Positions 40,320 to 49,266 of a stretch of 64,000 nt of DNA are shown piece after piece. The stretch comes from Candidatus Geocrenenecus huangii (GTDB lineage: Archaea > Thermoproteota > Nitrososphaeria_A > Caldarchaeales > Wolframiiraptoraceae). Both the position numbers and the translations under genes were made by a program. Numbering within the stretch: position 1 is the stretch's first letter; each line of letters opens with the position of its first letter. Under the pieces are notes generated by a model, which made no database searches, was not told where the DNA came from, and saw only the letters and a list, made by a program, of their open reading frames with translations. The stretch is from contig JALNLM010000003.1 in assembly GCA_023254095.1 (NCBI GenBank), positions 32,001 to 96,000 of the forward strand, read 5' to 3'.

Positions 40320-40979
40320 ATGAAGACGAGGATAATACTGCTTCTATTAATAACCTCAATTCTTCTCTATCTCTTGCTCTCTCAAAACTTTCCTACTAGT
40401 CTCTTCATACATGAAGATGAGATCTATCCTAGACCAGTTGTCGAAATCGATTTATATTGTAAGAAGGGAGTCGTCAAGATCATGACAGATGGGAGAATTG
40501 ATGGATGTCTTGATGGAAGAATTCTAGAGTTATCGATAAAACTGATTAATAATAGTAGTGAGGCAAGCTTGAGAGGGTATGATCTGTCAGCTGGATTGCT
40601 TCTGATAATAGAGGGAGGGAAAATCATTGAATACGATATTAGAGAATTCAATTACATTATCGGGATATCTGAAGAACTCGAGCTAACTACACCGATTAAC
40701 TCGAGAATGGTTGAAGCTTTCGCAGACTACATCCGTGGAGGAGAAGTCAAGCAGACCTATCTTAAGATTGAAGTCAACTCAGACGAGGATGTTGTGAAGA
40801 TATCTTTCAGAGGATGGATAGTCGATGAAGACAAGAAAATCTATAATCCCGTTATTAGAGAAGAGGAACACTATGTTGCAAGATATCCGATGGAAGAGTA
40901 TGAAGGAAACCCGCCTGATACGAGATGGGCTGGGAAAGAATTCTTGAAGTATAAAGTCTATACTGTGGAAATATCGTGA
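40320..40979 (+). CDS. Hypothetical exported or membrane-anchored protein
   Basis: MKTR followed by a hydrophobic signal helix and a beta-rich body; no family recognised. Confidence 0.65.
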   Translation: MKTRIILLLLITSILLYLLLSQNFPTSLFIHEDEIYPRPVVEIDLYCKKGVVKIMTDGRIDGCLDGRILELSIKLINNSSEASLRGYDLSAGLLLIIEGGKIIEYDIREFNYIIGISEELELTTPINSRMVEAFADYIRGGEVKQTYLKIEVNSDEDVVKISFRGWIVDEDKKIYNPVIREEEHYVARYPMEEYEGNPPDTRWAGKEFLKYKVYTVEIS

Positions 40980-40982
40980 AGC

Positions 40983-41888
40983 TTAGAATCGGAGATATTG
41001 TTTACATGATCTTTGCCTAATCTTAGTGAGGTGGCTTCCATCACATGTTGGAGAACTATGTAGTTCTGGGAAGCCTTCTCTACAAGTAGCGAAACTTAAC
41101 CCTATCTTAGCACATTCTTCTGCAACTTCTCTCATAATCTTAAACCTGGCATTTTTCGCAAGATACCATGACCTCCCAATTCTTTCTCCATCTACGAAGT
41201 ATAGCTTTCTTAATGATTCCTCCAGCTCAGGGAAGACGTGAATCATTCTTCTCCACCCATCAAATCTTGGTTTATAGGTACTGGACACAACATGTTTCAC
41301 ACCTGCATCTCTAGCTTCAGCCAACAATCTTCTAATATCATGATCATTTAACATGGGGATTATTGGGTCTAGTCTTAGTCCAGTATTCACACCTTCTTCA
41401 GACATCTTCGCCAAGGCTTGAATTCTCTTTGACGGTGGAGGGGCTGAAGGCTCTATCTTCCTAGCCAGAGAATCATCGAGTGTTGTAATACTTATAGTTA
41501 CAGCGGCTCCTACTTCTCTCAATAAATCTATATCTCTTAGGACTATATCGCTCTTAGTTACCACCAGCAATCTTATAGGATACTTGCAGAATTCCTCAAG
41601 GCATATTCTAGTAAGCTTGAGTTCTTTCTCTATTTGCGGATATGGGTCAGAACTGTTAGACATAGAAATGATAGAATTCTCTGGAAGTCTTACTAAATCC
41701 TTCTTGACCATTTCTATAAGCTTCTTCTTTGGTCTGCAATTGTGGAAATCTCTAATGTAGGATGATGCATAACAATACAAACATCCATGGCTGCATCCAG
41801 TATATGGGTCGAATGAGTACTTTATAGGACATGTACATAGGCTACTTCTCCAAGGATCGAATAACCTGATTAATTGAGTATTCCTCAA
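40983..41888 (-). CDS. Radical SAM protein, spore-photoproduct-lyase-like family (COG1533-like)
   Basis: DPYTGCSHGCLYCYA, SNSSDPY, TKS, EP.APPP..R; extra CTC and CREG/CDGSH cysteines. Confidence 0.87.
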   Translation of the reverse strand: MRNTQLIRLFDPWRSSLCTCPIKYSFDPYTGCSHGCLYCYASSYIRDFHNCRPKKKLIEMVKKDLVRLPENSIISMSNSSDPYPQIEKELKLTRICLEEFCKYPIRLLVVTKSDIVLRDIDLLREVGAAVTISITTLDDSLARKIEPSAPPPSKRIQALAKMSEEGVNTGLRLDPIIPMLNDHDIRRLLAEARDAGVKHVVSSTYKPRFDGWRRMIHVFPELEESLRKLYFVDGERIGRSWYLAKNARFKIMREVAEECAKIGLSFATCREGFPELHSSPTCDGSHLTKIRQRSCKQYLRF

Positions 41889-42091
41889 CGCCGATTATAA
41901 TCTTAACAAATTACTAAATTAACTTAACCATGTAAGTATTTGATGACCTATATAAATAAACATTATCGAACGAGAGCTATATTGTGAGACGTTTGTAACT
42001 TCTTCACAATAAACTTAATAGAGGCGCGTCTAAGGAGAGATTAATCTTAAATTTCATCCTTGTTTAATGCTTTTAGGGTCTAAGTGGGCCT

Positions 42092-42631
42092 ATGATCTTA
42101 AGTGATAGAGAGATATTAGATTATATTACAAGAGGATGGCTGGTGAAGCCGGGATCGGATGTTATCGAAAATAATCTAGTAGGCTCAAATAGTCTAGACC
42201 TTAGGATAGGTAGTAAGATTATCAGATTAAGAAGTCGTAAAGAGATAATTGATCCTGATGAGATAGACGAAATGCACGACTACTATATTCTAGAAGAAGG
42301 TGAAGAATTTATTATAGAACCAAGAGAAAGCCTATTGCTCACTAGTCTAGAGTACTTAAAGCTACCTACAAACATCATGGGATTCGTGAGCTTAAAGAGT
42401 ACCTATGCAAGACTGGGTCTTAGCATACCCCCAACAATAGTTAATGCTGGATCAGAAGGTGAACTAACCATTGAGCTTATAGGTGGACCATTTCCAATAA
42501 AGATACGTAGAGGTGCTAGAATCATACAGATAGTATTCGTTAAATTATCTTCTCCAGCCGAGAAACCATATAGGGGTAGATACTTTAACCAGAAGGGCCC
42601 AACACTTCCGAAAGTATGGAATAAGCCGTAA
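42092..42631 (+). CDS. dcd: dCTP deaminase-family protein with atypical motif residues
   Basis: MILSDREI, SLDLRIG, KSTYARLGL, IVNAGSEGELTIE, PYRGRY; aligns by eye to crenarchaeal Dcd. Confidence 0.8.
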   Translation: MILSDREILDYITRGWLVKPGSDVIENNLVGSNSLDLRIGSKIIRLRSRKEIIDPDEIDEMHDYYILEEGEEFIIEPRESLLLTSLEYLKLPTNIMGFVSLKSTYARLGLSIPPTIVNAGSEGELTIELIGGPFPIKIRRGARIIQIVFVKLSSPAEKPYRGRYFNQKGPTLPKVWNKP

Positions 42632-43554
42632 TGCAGAATTCGCCTATGAGCCGGGCCATAGAAGTGTGGAGCGAGTTCAATCTAGAGCAATCACTAGAAG
42701 CCTCCTTCACACTACCATTCTTCGATAAGATTAAGGACGAGTACGTGAAGTCTTATGGAAGGTACCGAGGTCTGAGAATAAGGCAGGAGAGAAACTTGTT
42801 AGAATTTGAGGGGGGAAGTAGGCTTGAAGCCATGATGCTGAGTGGAGCATGGTTTAACCCACATGTAGAGATCCGTAGAATTAACAGAAACGAAAGAAAC
42901 ATTTTGGAAAAACTATTAGATGTATTTCCAGGCCTCGGAATAGCCATTAATCCATGGGATAAAATAGCAACATTCTACACGGTCTTCCTATCGAGAAACA
43001 CCGACTATCATAGTAATACTGTCAAATGGGTGAAGAGAATTTTAAGAGAGGCCCAGGATGAAGAAATGATAAAATCAGTTAATTTAAGCGAAGTTGGAAA
43101 GAGTTATCAATTAAGACAACTGATTGAAGTTAGAGATAGAATTGATTCATTATTCAGCCTAGGAGAATTCAAAAAAGAGAAATATGAGTTAGAAGATTTC
43201 CTAGGTCTTCGTACGAAGATGCTCTCTATTAAGTACTGTGGACCGAAAGTAGTGCATGGATGGGGTCTATTCACATTAGGCTTAACATATCTAAGCCAGG
43301 TCGATAGACATTTACTGAATATTGGAAGATCTCTACGAATAATTAATCCAGATGATAGAAATCCTGAGAAAGCCTTATGCATAACTTCAAGATGCTTCCT
43401 AGATAGAGATTGTAGGATACTTGAAAGATGTGTTACCTATAAGCTTTACAGGTTATTCGGATGCATGGCCGGATGGTTTCAGACCGCTGCATATCTCTAC
43501 GGAGCGAGATACCTGAGTAAAGGAATAGACCCTTATAGTGTCGTGAGAAAATAG
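42631..43554 (+). CDS. HhH-GPD superfamily DNA glycosylase-like protein with C-terminal Cys cluster
   Basis: FLSRNT helix, HhH motif LSIKYCGPKV, VDRH, then C-x4-C-x5-C-x5-C and AGWFQ. Confidence 0.68.
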   Translation: MQNSPMSRAIEVWSEFNLEQSLEASFTLPFFDKIKDEYVKSYGRYRGLRIRQERNLLEFEGGSRLEAMMLSGAWFNPHVEIRRINRNERNILEKLLDVFPGLGIAINPWDKIATFYTVFLSRNTDYHSNTVKWVKRILREAQDEEMIKSVNLSEVGKSYQLRQLIEVRDRIDSLFSLGEFKKEKYELEDFLGLRTKMLSIKYCGPKVVHGWGLFTLGLTYLSQVDRHLLNIGRSLRIINPDDRNPEKALCITSRCFLDRDCRILERCVTYKLYRLFGCMAGWFQTAAYLYGARYLSKGIDPYSVVRK

Positions 43555-43628
43555 ATAACCAACGGTTTCACTCCCAGTAGAACGACCATATTCTCAAACT
43601 TCTCGTAAACAAATAGCCATGTAGGCTT

Positions 43629-44345
43629 TTATGCCGCTTCGGTCCAAATTCTATCAAATTCATTTCTATAGAGTTCGGCTACTCCTTTATCTCTTATCAC
43701 TAAGACGTTTTCGTCATTTTTATCCTCAGCACTTGCTGACCAGTTATAGCTACCGGTAATCACGATTTCATCATCGATGACGGCGAATTTGTGATGCATT
43801 AGATCAGGGTTTCCATCAACTTTTATATCTACTCCTGCCCTCCTCAGCTTCTCATACTCTGAACCCTTAACATCCACCTGCTGTTCTTCCACTACCACTC
43901 TTATTCTTATTCCTCTATTTTTAAGCTCTATTAAAGAACCCGCCAACAGATCGCTTGTAAAAGAGTAAACAGCTACATAGACGTATCTTTTAGCACTGCT
44001 TAGAATATCAACGATCTTTGTATCGCACCTATCTGTTTTAGAGAAGCAGACGAGAGAGATAGTTTTATCAATTTCTTCCCGGGAGACTGTGACCGTAGAT
44101 GTTTCTCGGATAGTGACTGTGATTACCATTTGAGTGGTTTCAACCCTACCAGTCACCTCGGGGATAGTTATGGTCCTATACTCTGTTAAGGTAGTGGTCT
44201 TAACTCTCACACTCGAGATGAAGATGCCCAGGATGAAGCCGACGATACACATGACGATTATCGCCATGATTACCGTCTTGATGGATAGATTTCTCGCTAA
44301 TCCTCCACTAGACATATCAACTACCTCAACTCTAAGCATTCTCAC
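43629..44345 (-). CDS. Membrane-anchored PLD/Nuc-family protein (single HKD motif)
   Basis: N-terminal TM helix, Thr-rich linker, AVYSFT, MHHKFAVID...TGSYNWS...NDEN. Confidence 0.9.
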   Translation of the reverse strand: MRMLRVEVVDMSSGGLARNLSIKTVIMAIIVMCIVGFILGIFISSVRVKTTTLTEYRTITIPEVTGRVETTQMVITVTIRETSTVTVSREEIDKTISLVCFSKTDRCDTKIVDILSSAKRYVYVAVYSFTSDLLAGSLIELKNRGIRIRVVVEEQQVDVKGSEYEKLRRAGVDIKVDGNPDLMHHKFAVIDDEIVITGSYNWSASAEDKNDENVLVIRDKGVAELYRNEFDRIWTEAA

Positions 44346-44493
44346 AGCATATTAAACATATTGAGTGGCTCACGTTCTTCACCCTCTAAAGACTACTTCC
44401 GGTATCCGAGCTTACTGCGAATTACTGTGGTCTCATCTTATGATGCTCGAAGTATCCAGAGATTAAGGATAGATATCTATTAAGAACGGAGAG

Positions 44494-45315
44494 ATGGAGA
44501 AGAGTGAAGAGAAGATGGATGAAGTAAGAGTTGGAAGAGGATATGACCCGTTGGAATTGACGGAAGAAGTTAGAGAAAAAGTAGTCCGAGTAATTAATAG
44601 TGTAGAAGAGAGAAAGTATTACAGGTTTAGGAAGGATAGGTGGTATGGTGGAATAGCTACAGGAGATGTTGTTGGATGTAATCTAAGATGTGGAATGTGT
44701 TGGAGCTGGAGGTCCGCGAGCCACATAATGGCTAAAGGCTTCTATTGTAGTCCTAGCCAATCCTTCAAGCAGTTGAGGAATATTGCTTACTCCTCAGGTT
44801 TTAGAATGGTTAGGCTAAGTGGGGGAGAACCAACAATTTCTAAAGAACACCTACTAGAGCTGTTAAGATTGTTCGAGAACTCCAAGCTAGAATTCATACT
44901 TGAGACGAACGGTATAATCATTGGAAGCGACATAGATTTTGCTAAAGAACTAGTACGATACAACTATTTGGTCGTCAGAGTTTCCATAAAAGGATGTTCG
45001 AGAGAAGATTTCTACAACATTACTCTAGCTAGACCAGAGTTCTTCGATCTACAATTGAAAGCTTTAGAAAACCTTATCGAGCAAGGAGCGAAACCTTGCG
45101 AGCAAGTCTACCCAGCAGTTATGCTTAGCTTTAGTGAGAGAAAAGACTATGAGCTCCTTCAAGAAAAACTTTCGGATATCCATCCTCTCCTCTCAAAATG
45201 CATTGACGAAGAATACGTCATACTCTACCCACATGTTGTTAAACTATTAGAGGTGAGGAAACTGAGGCCGAAGATATGTTTTCGCCCCAACGGTATCCCT
45301 GAGCACATGATCTAG
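44494..45315 (+). CDS. Radical SAM protein (archaeal COG5014-like)
   Basis: RKYYRFR...YGGIATGDVVGCNLRCGMCW, RLSGGEPT, LETNG. Confidence 0.87.
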   Translation: MEKSEEKMDEVRVGRGYDPLELTEEVREKVVRVINSVEERKYYRFRKDRWYGGIATGDVVGCNLRCGMCWSWRSASHIMAKGFYCSPSQSFKQLRNIAYSSGFRMVRLSGGEPTISKEHLLELLRLFENSKLEFILETNGIIIGSDIDFAKELVRYNYLVVRVSIKGCSREDFYNITLARPEFFDLQLKALENLIEQGAKPCEQVYPAVMLSFSERKDYELLQEKLSDIHPLLSKCIDEEYVILYPHVVKLLEVRKLRPKICFRPNGIPEHMI

Positions 45316-45391
45316 AAAAAACAAGATATCAATGTAGGAAGACATTTCCAGAGTTAGATTTTTTAAATGCATAAATACATTTTCTAGCCGA

Positions 45392-46822
45392 ATGGAGAAT
45401 CGGTGGAGCGTTCTCACGGTCACCACTGTCGGCATATTTATGGCGTCCCTTGATGCCAGTCTTCTTGTTGTAGGTTTACCGGTAGTTATAAATGAGCTGG
45501 GAACAGACCTGGCTACTGGAAGCTGGCTTATAACAACTTACCGCCTTGCATTAACCATCTTGCTTGTACCATTCGGCAGGTTGGGAGACATACATGGTAG
45601 AGTTAAGTTATACTCTATCGGATACTTCGTCTTCGCTGTCAGCTCACTACTATGTGCACTTTCATCCAATGTCTACCAGTTACTAGTTTTCAGATTGATT
45701 CAGGGAGTCGGTGGAGCAGCGATGTTCGTTAACTCTATGGCGATAGTTACAGATGCATTCGCAGGCAGAGGGCTTGGACTCGGTATAGGCGTAAACCAGA
45801 TAGCAATAAACGCGGGAACAATAATCGGCTATACGTTGAGCGGCATGGTGATCAGCTTATATGGCTGGAGAGCATTGTTCTTGATAAATGTACCTATCGG
45901 TATATTCGGCGGGCTCTGGTCCAAATTTAGATTAAGAGAAACAAGTCCTTCTCAAGGATCTGGAAAATTCGATTTTGTAGGGGCAGCCATATTTTCTATT
46001 TCTATAACCTTGCTGATGCTAGGATTAACCTCAGGGGCCATCACCACCACTATACCGTTATCTTTAATCGCTTCAAGTCTAATCCTATTTGTAGTGTTCA
46101 TACTTTTCGAGAGGAAAGCGTCTTACCCAATGCTCGATTTTAACTTATTCAGAATTAAGACGTTCACGGTTGGAAACATATCGAATCTATTAAACGGCGT
46201 ATCTTTTGCGTCTTTAGCTTTCCTAATCTCAGTATATCTTGAGATTATCTTAGGGTTTACTCCTATCCACGCCGGTTTAAGTTTGATACCCATAGATTTA
46301 ACGCTGGTACTAGTTGGACCAGTTAGTGGATGGCTTTCAGACAAGATTGGAGCTAGAATACTTAGTACAGCCGGATTAGCAATTACCAGCATCGCTTTGA
46401 TAGTATTAGCTAATATCTCTGTTAATCTTAACTATAATATTCTCTTAGTGGGGCTGATGCTAGGAGGGCTTGGAGTAGGATTATTCAGAAGTCCTAACGC
46501 TAGCTCAGTTATGGGTTCAGTACCAAGTGAGAGAAGAGGTGTAGCTGCAGGTGTTAGAAGCACTATCATAAATACTAGCATGGCTTTAAGTATACCGTTC
46601 TCAATAGCTGTAATATCCACAACAATGCCTTCTAGCGAATTATATAAATTCTTTAATGATAGAAAAATTGGTATGGAGTCTGTTACTCGGTACGGCGAGC
46701 TGCTACAGGGTATAAGAAATGCTCTATATGCTTCAGCAATATTAAATATTTTTGCCGCTATCCTTTCATACCTACGTGAAGAAAAACGTTATGCCGTGAG
46801 AAATATCCACACCATCGAGTAA
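45392..46822 (+). CDS. MFS drug:H+ antiporter (DHA2/EmrB-like, 14 TM)
   Basis: FMASLD, GRLGDIHGR, RLIQGVG, WRALFLINVPIG, SPN. Confidence 0.92.
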   Translation: MENRWSVLTVTTVGIFMASLDASLLVVGLPVVINELGTDLATGSWLITTYRLALTILLVPFGRLGDIHGRVKLYSIGYFVFAVSSLLCALSSNVYQLLVFRLIQGVGGAAMFVNSMAIVTDAFAGRGLGLGIGVNQIAINAGTIIGYTLSGMVISLYGWRALFLINVPIGIFGGLWSKFRLRETSPSQGSGKFDFVGAAIFSISITLLMLGLTSGAITTTIPLSLIASSLILFVVFILFERKASYPMLDFNLFRIKTFTVGNISNLLNGVSFASLAFLISVYLEIILGFTPIHAGLSLIPIDLTLVLVGPVSGWLSDKIGARILSTAGLAITSIALIVLANISVNLNYNILLVGLMLGGLGVGLFRSPNASSVMGSVPSERRGVAAGVRSTIINTSMALSIPFSIAVISTTMPSSELYKFFNDRKIGMESVTRYGELLQGIRNALYASAILNIFAAILSYLREEKRYAVRNIHTIE

Positions 46823-46948
46823 GAACGCGAAACATAGATATGGATAAGATATTTTCATAGCGTCTTTATCCCCTCCTAACGTATTCATGATATTAGGGGT
46901 GTTATCGGTAGTGTTGAGGGATCAACCTCGGTTTTACATGTCGGTGAT

Positions 46949-46965
46949 GCCAATGATACATTGGC
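46949..46965. terminator. Hairpin between the convergent MFS and Lrp-domain genes
   Basis: GCCAATG-ATA-CATTGGC perfect 7-bp stem followed by T-rich sequence. Confidence 0.35.
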
Positions 46966-46996
46966 TCTATCTATTTATGGGAAAAAATAAGGGAGG

Positions 46997-47230
46997 TTAT
47001 GTGGTTACGACCGCTGTCTCTGTAGATTGCACACCTCTTACTCTGTGGATTCTTGATGCAACAAGTTTTCCGATCTCCTCAAATGATTCAACTTCTATGA
47101 ACGCTACAATATCATATCTTCCGGTCACCATTCTAGCGGACTTTACACCTTTAATTCTTGAAACCCCTCTTAAAACCGCGTTCGCATTACCTTTTAAGGC
47201 TCTTATGAATACGTATGCCTGTACAGGCAT
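46997..47230 (-). CDS. Stand-alone Lrp/AsnC ligand-binding (RAM) domain protein
   Basis: AYVFI...VTGRYDIVA...I..VRGVQSTET; no HTH. Confidence 0.9.
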   Translation of the reverse strand: MPVQAYVFIRALKGNANAVLRGVSRIKGVKSARMVTGRYDIVAFIEVESFEEIGKLVASRIHRVRGVQSTETAVVTT

Positions 47231-47236
47231 CCTCTC

Positions 47237-47470
47237 TCACCCCACTGAGAGAAGCGTCTCCGTTCTCTCAACTCCCTCGATAGCCTGGATACGTTCAATA
47301 ATCAATTCATACAACTTCCTCAGATCTTCTACTTCAACTTCTACTACAGCATCGAATCTACCAGTTACAGGATAAGCAGCTTTAACATTTTCAATCTTCT
47401 GGATTTCAGGTATCATGTCTCTTAGTTTTCCCATTCTACATCTCAGTAGAATATACGCATATACGGCCAT
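47237..47470 (-). CDS. Stand-alone Lrp/AsnC ligand-binding (RAM) domain protein
   Basis: AYILL...VTGRFDAVV...IQAIEGVERTET; no HTH. Confidence 0.9.
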   Translation of the reverse strand: MAVYAYILLRCRMGKLRDMIPEIQKIENVKAAYPVTGRFDAVVEVEVEDLRKLYELIIERIQAIEGVERTETLLSVG

Positions 47471-47818
47471 GAACTCTCATTGTAGATATTGCATAAAATG
47501 GTAGATAAGGCTTCCTTTGAACAACATTATTTATAAACACCTGCTCGTAACGCGGATAAAAACCATAAACTATCTTTAAAAGAATCTTGACCTATGAGAG
47601 AGTGACGAAGCAAGTATACCAGTCCATGTTCTAGGGAATTGATTACATTAAAATATACTTCAGAGATTACTCAACAAATATTGCATCCATATAATTCTAT
47701 CTTCTATTACTTTTTCATAGAGATTTCGTTCTTCTCTTTTATCAATTTACACGGTCTAATAGTTTACCTTGACTCCGTTTATCTTGTGTTGTTCTATCAG
47801 CCTGCTACTTAACAATGT

Positions 47819-47855
47819 AAGCCCTCTAGCTTCCATTCGGGGGCTTTTCATTTTT
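47819..47855. terminator. Terminator-like hairpin just past the htrA stop
   Basis: AAGCCCTC...GGGGGCTT stem with an adjacent T tract. Confidence 0.35.
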
Positions 47856-47869
47856 CTATGCTCATGATT

Positions 47870-49114
47870 CTATGATATCGACCCTAATGTTAATGGAATA
47901 TCTATTTCACGATTATCTCTCAATATTTTTAGTGTTATCGTATCTCCAGGTCTTTTATATTCTTCAATGTATGATAGTATGTCTGCTAGACCGAAGACGA
48001 CTATACCGTCAACGCCTATTATTACGTCTCCTCCAATATTTATTCTTGTTCCATCTGAGAGCGTGATCACCCTGCTGCCAGCTCTCAACCCAGCTTTCTC
48101 TGCAGGGCTATCCTTTGCAACAGCTGTTATTAGTAGTCCATATGCTTTCTCCAAATTCATCAATTGAGCTACCTCCATGTTAACATCTATTCCACCTATA
48201 CCCATCCATGGATGCTCATAGTTGCCTTTCTCGATTAATGATTTAACAACTCTTACAACTATGTTGGAGGGTATCGCGAAACCTATTCCCGCAAATTCTC
48301 CAGTAGTTGATGCGATAGCGGTTGTAACGCCTACGACTTTTCCAGAATAGTCTAGTAATGGTCCACCACTGTTCCCTGGGTTTACAGCTGCGTCGAACTG
48401 TATTACTCCAGGTATACCTCTACCGCCAGGGCTTTCGAGAAGTCTGTTCAACTGGCTTATCACTCCCGCAGTTAAAGTAGCTGTTAATCCGAATGGGTTC
48501 CCTATAGCGATCACAGGCTGCCCAACTCTAAGTTTTGACGAGTCACTAAAAGCTAAGGGGTTCAGAGTTTTCTCACCAGGCTCTATTTTTAATACTGCTA
48601 AATCAGCGTAAGGGTCTACTCCAATTATCTTAGCCACGTATACACTTCTATCTGGGAAGAATACCTGTACACTTTCAGCATTCTCAACAACATGGTAGTT
48701 CGTGATAATGTATCCATCAGGAGAGTATACGAATCCAGAACCCTCAGACGAGGCGTAAGTTTTACCGAAGATCGTTTCTACAACGATTCTAGATTTTATC
48801 AGGACAATCGAGTCTTTAACTTTCTCATATACCATCTCCGGAGCGGTGAGATTATGCTGAGCCAATGTTAAAACAGCCGTTGAGGAAATATTCGACCTCA
48901 GAATGGATAGATTTTCTTCTATATCTGTTAAGCGATATTCATAGTTTGAGAGCCTGGACCTCAGATCGTCGATCTTCTCGGAAAGTTGTAGAAGCTTTAT
49001 GTTAAAATCATTAATAGATAGTTGGTATAGGATTAGTGATCCTGCAGACAATATTAGTGCAGCCACGATAACTATGGTTAATGCGATGTATGCTCTGTTC
49101 ATCTTACTTACCAC
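47870..49114 (-). CDS. htrA: Membrane-anchored HtrA/DegP serine protease with coiled-coil stalk and PDZ domain
   Basis: TM helix, coiled coil, GSGFV, ITNYHVV, DLAVLK, DAAVNPGNSGGPL, PDZ (SPAEKAGL...GGDVI). Confidence 0.95.
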   Translation of the reverse strand: MVSKMNRAYIALTIVIVAALILSAGSLILYQLSINDFNIKLLQLSEKIDDLRSRLSNYEYRLTDIEENLSILRSNISSTAVLTLAQHNLTAPEMVYEKVKDSIVLIKSRIVVETIFGKTYASSEGSGFVYSPDGYIITNYHVVENAESVQVFFPDRSVYVAKIIGVDPYADLAVLKIEPGEKTLNPLAFSDSSKLRVGQPVIAIGNPFGLTATLTAGVISQLNRLLESPGGRGIPGVIQFDAAVNPGNSGGPLLDYSGKVVGVTTAIASTTGEFAGIGFAIPSNIVVRVVKSLIEKGNYEHPWMGIGGIDVNMEVAQLMNLEKAYGLLITAVAKDSPAEKAGLRAGSRVITLSDGTRINIGGDVIIGVDGIVVFGLADILSYIEEYKRPGDTITLKILRDNREIDIPLTLGSIS

Positions 49115-49136
49115 CTCTTATCCAGACATCTATTTT

Positions 49137-49156
49137 CACAAATGATAGCATTTGTG
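49137..49156. promoter_or_regulatory. Palindrome between the htrA TATA box and start codon
   Basis: CACAAATG-ATAG-CATTTGTG, perfect 8-4-8. Confidence 0.55.
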
Positions 49157-49161
49157 GACTT

Positions 49162-49194
49162 TATAAGGAATTTCCTGAAACAAGCTGGAACAAG
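49162..49194 (-). promoter_or_regulatory. htrA promoter: TATA element with upstream direct repeat
   Basis: Plus strand reads TATAAGGAA-tttc-CTGAAACAAG-CTGGAACAAG; same layout as 56428-56460. Confidence 0.6.
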
Positions 49195-49266
49195 ATAACT
49201 AGAAGACTGCGTTAACAAAGAAAAATATCCTAGGCTTTCCCTATATTTTTCGAAAAGATTTTTCAG

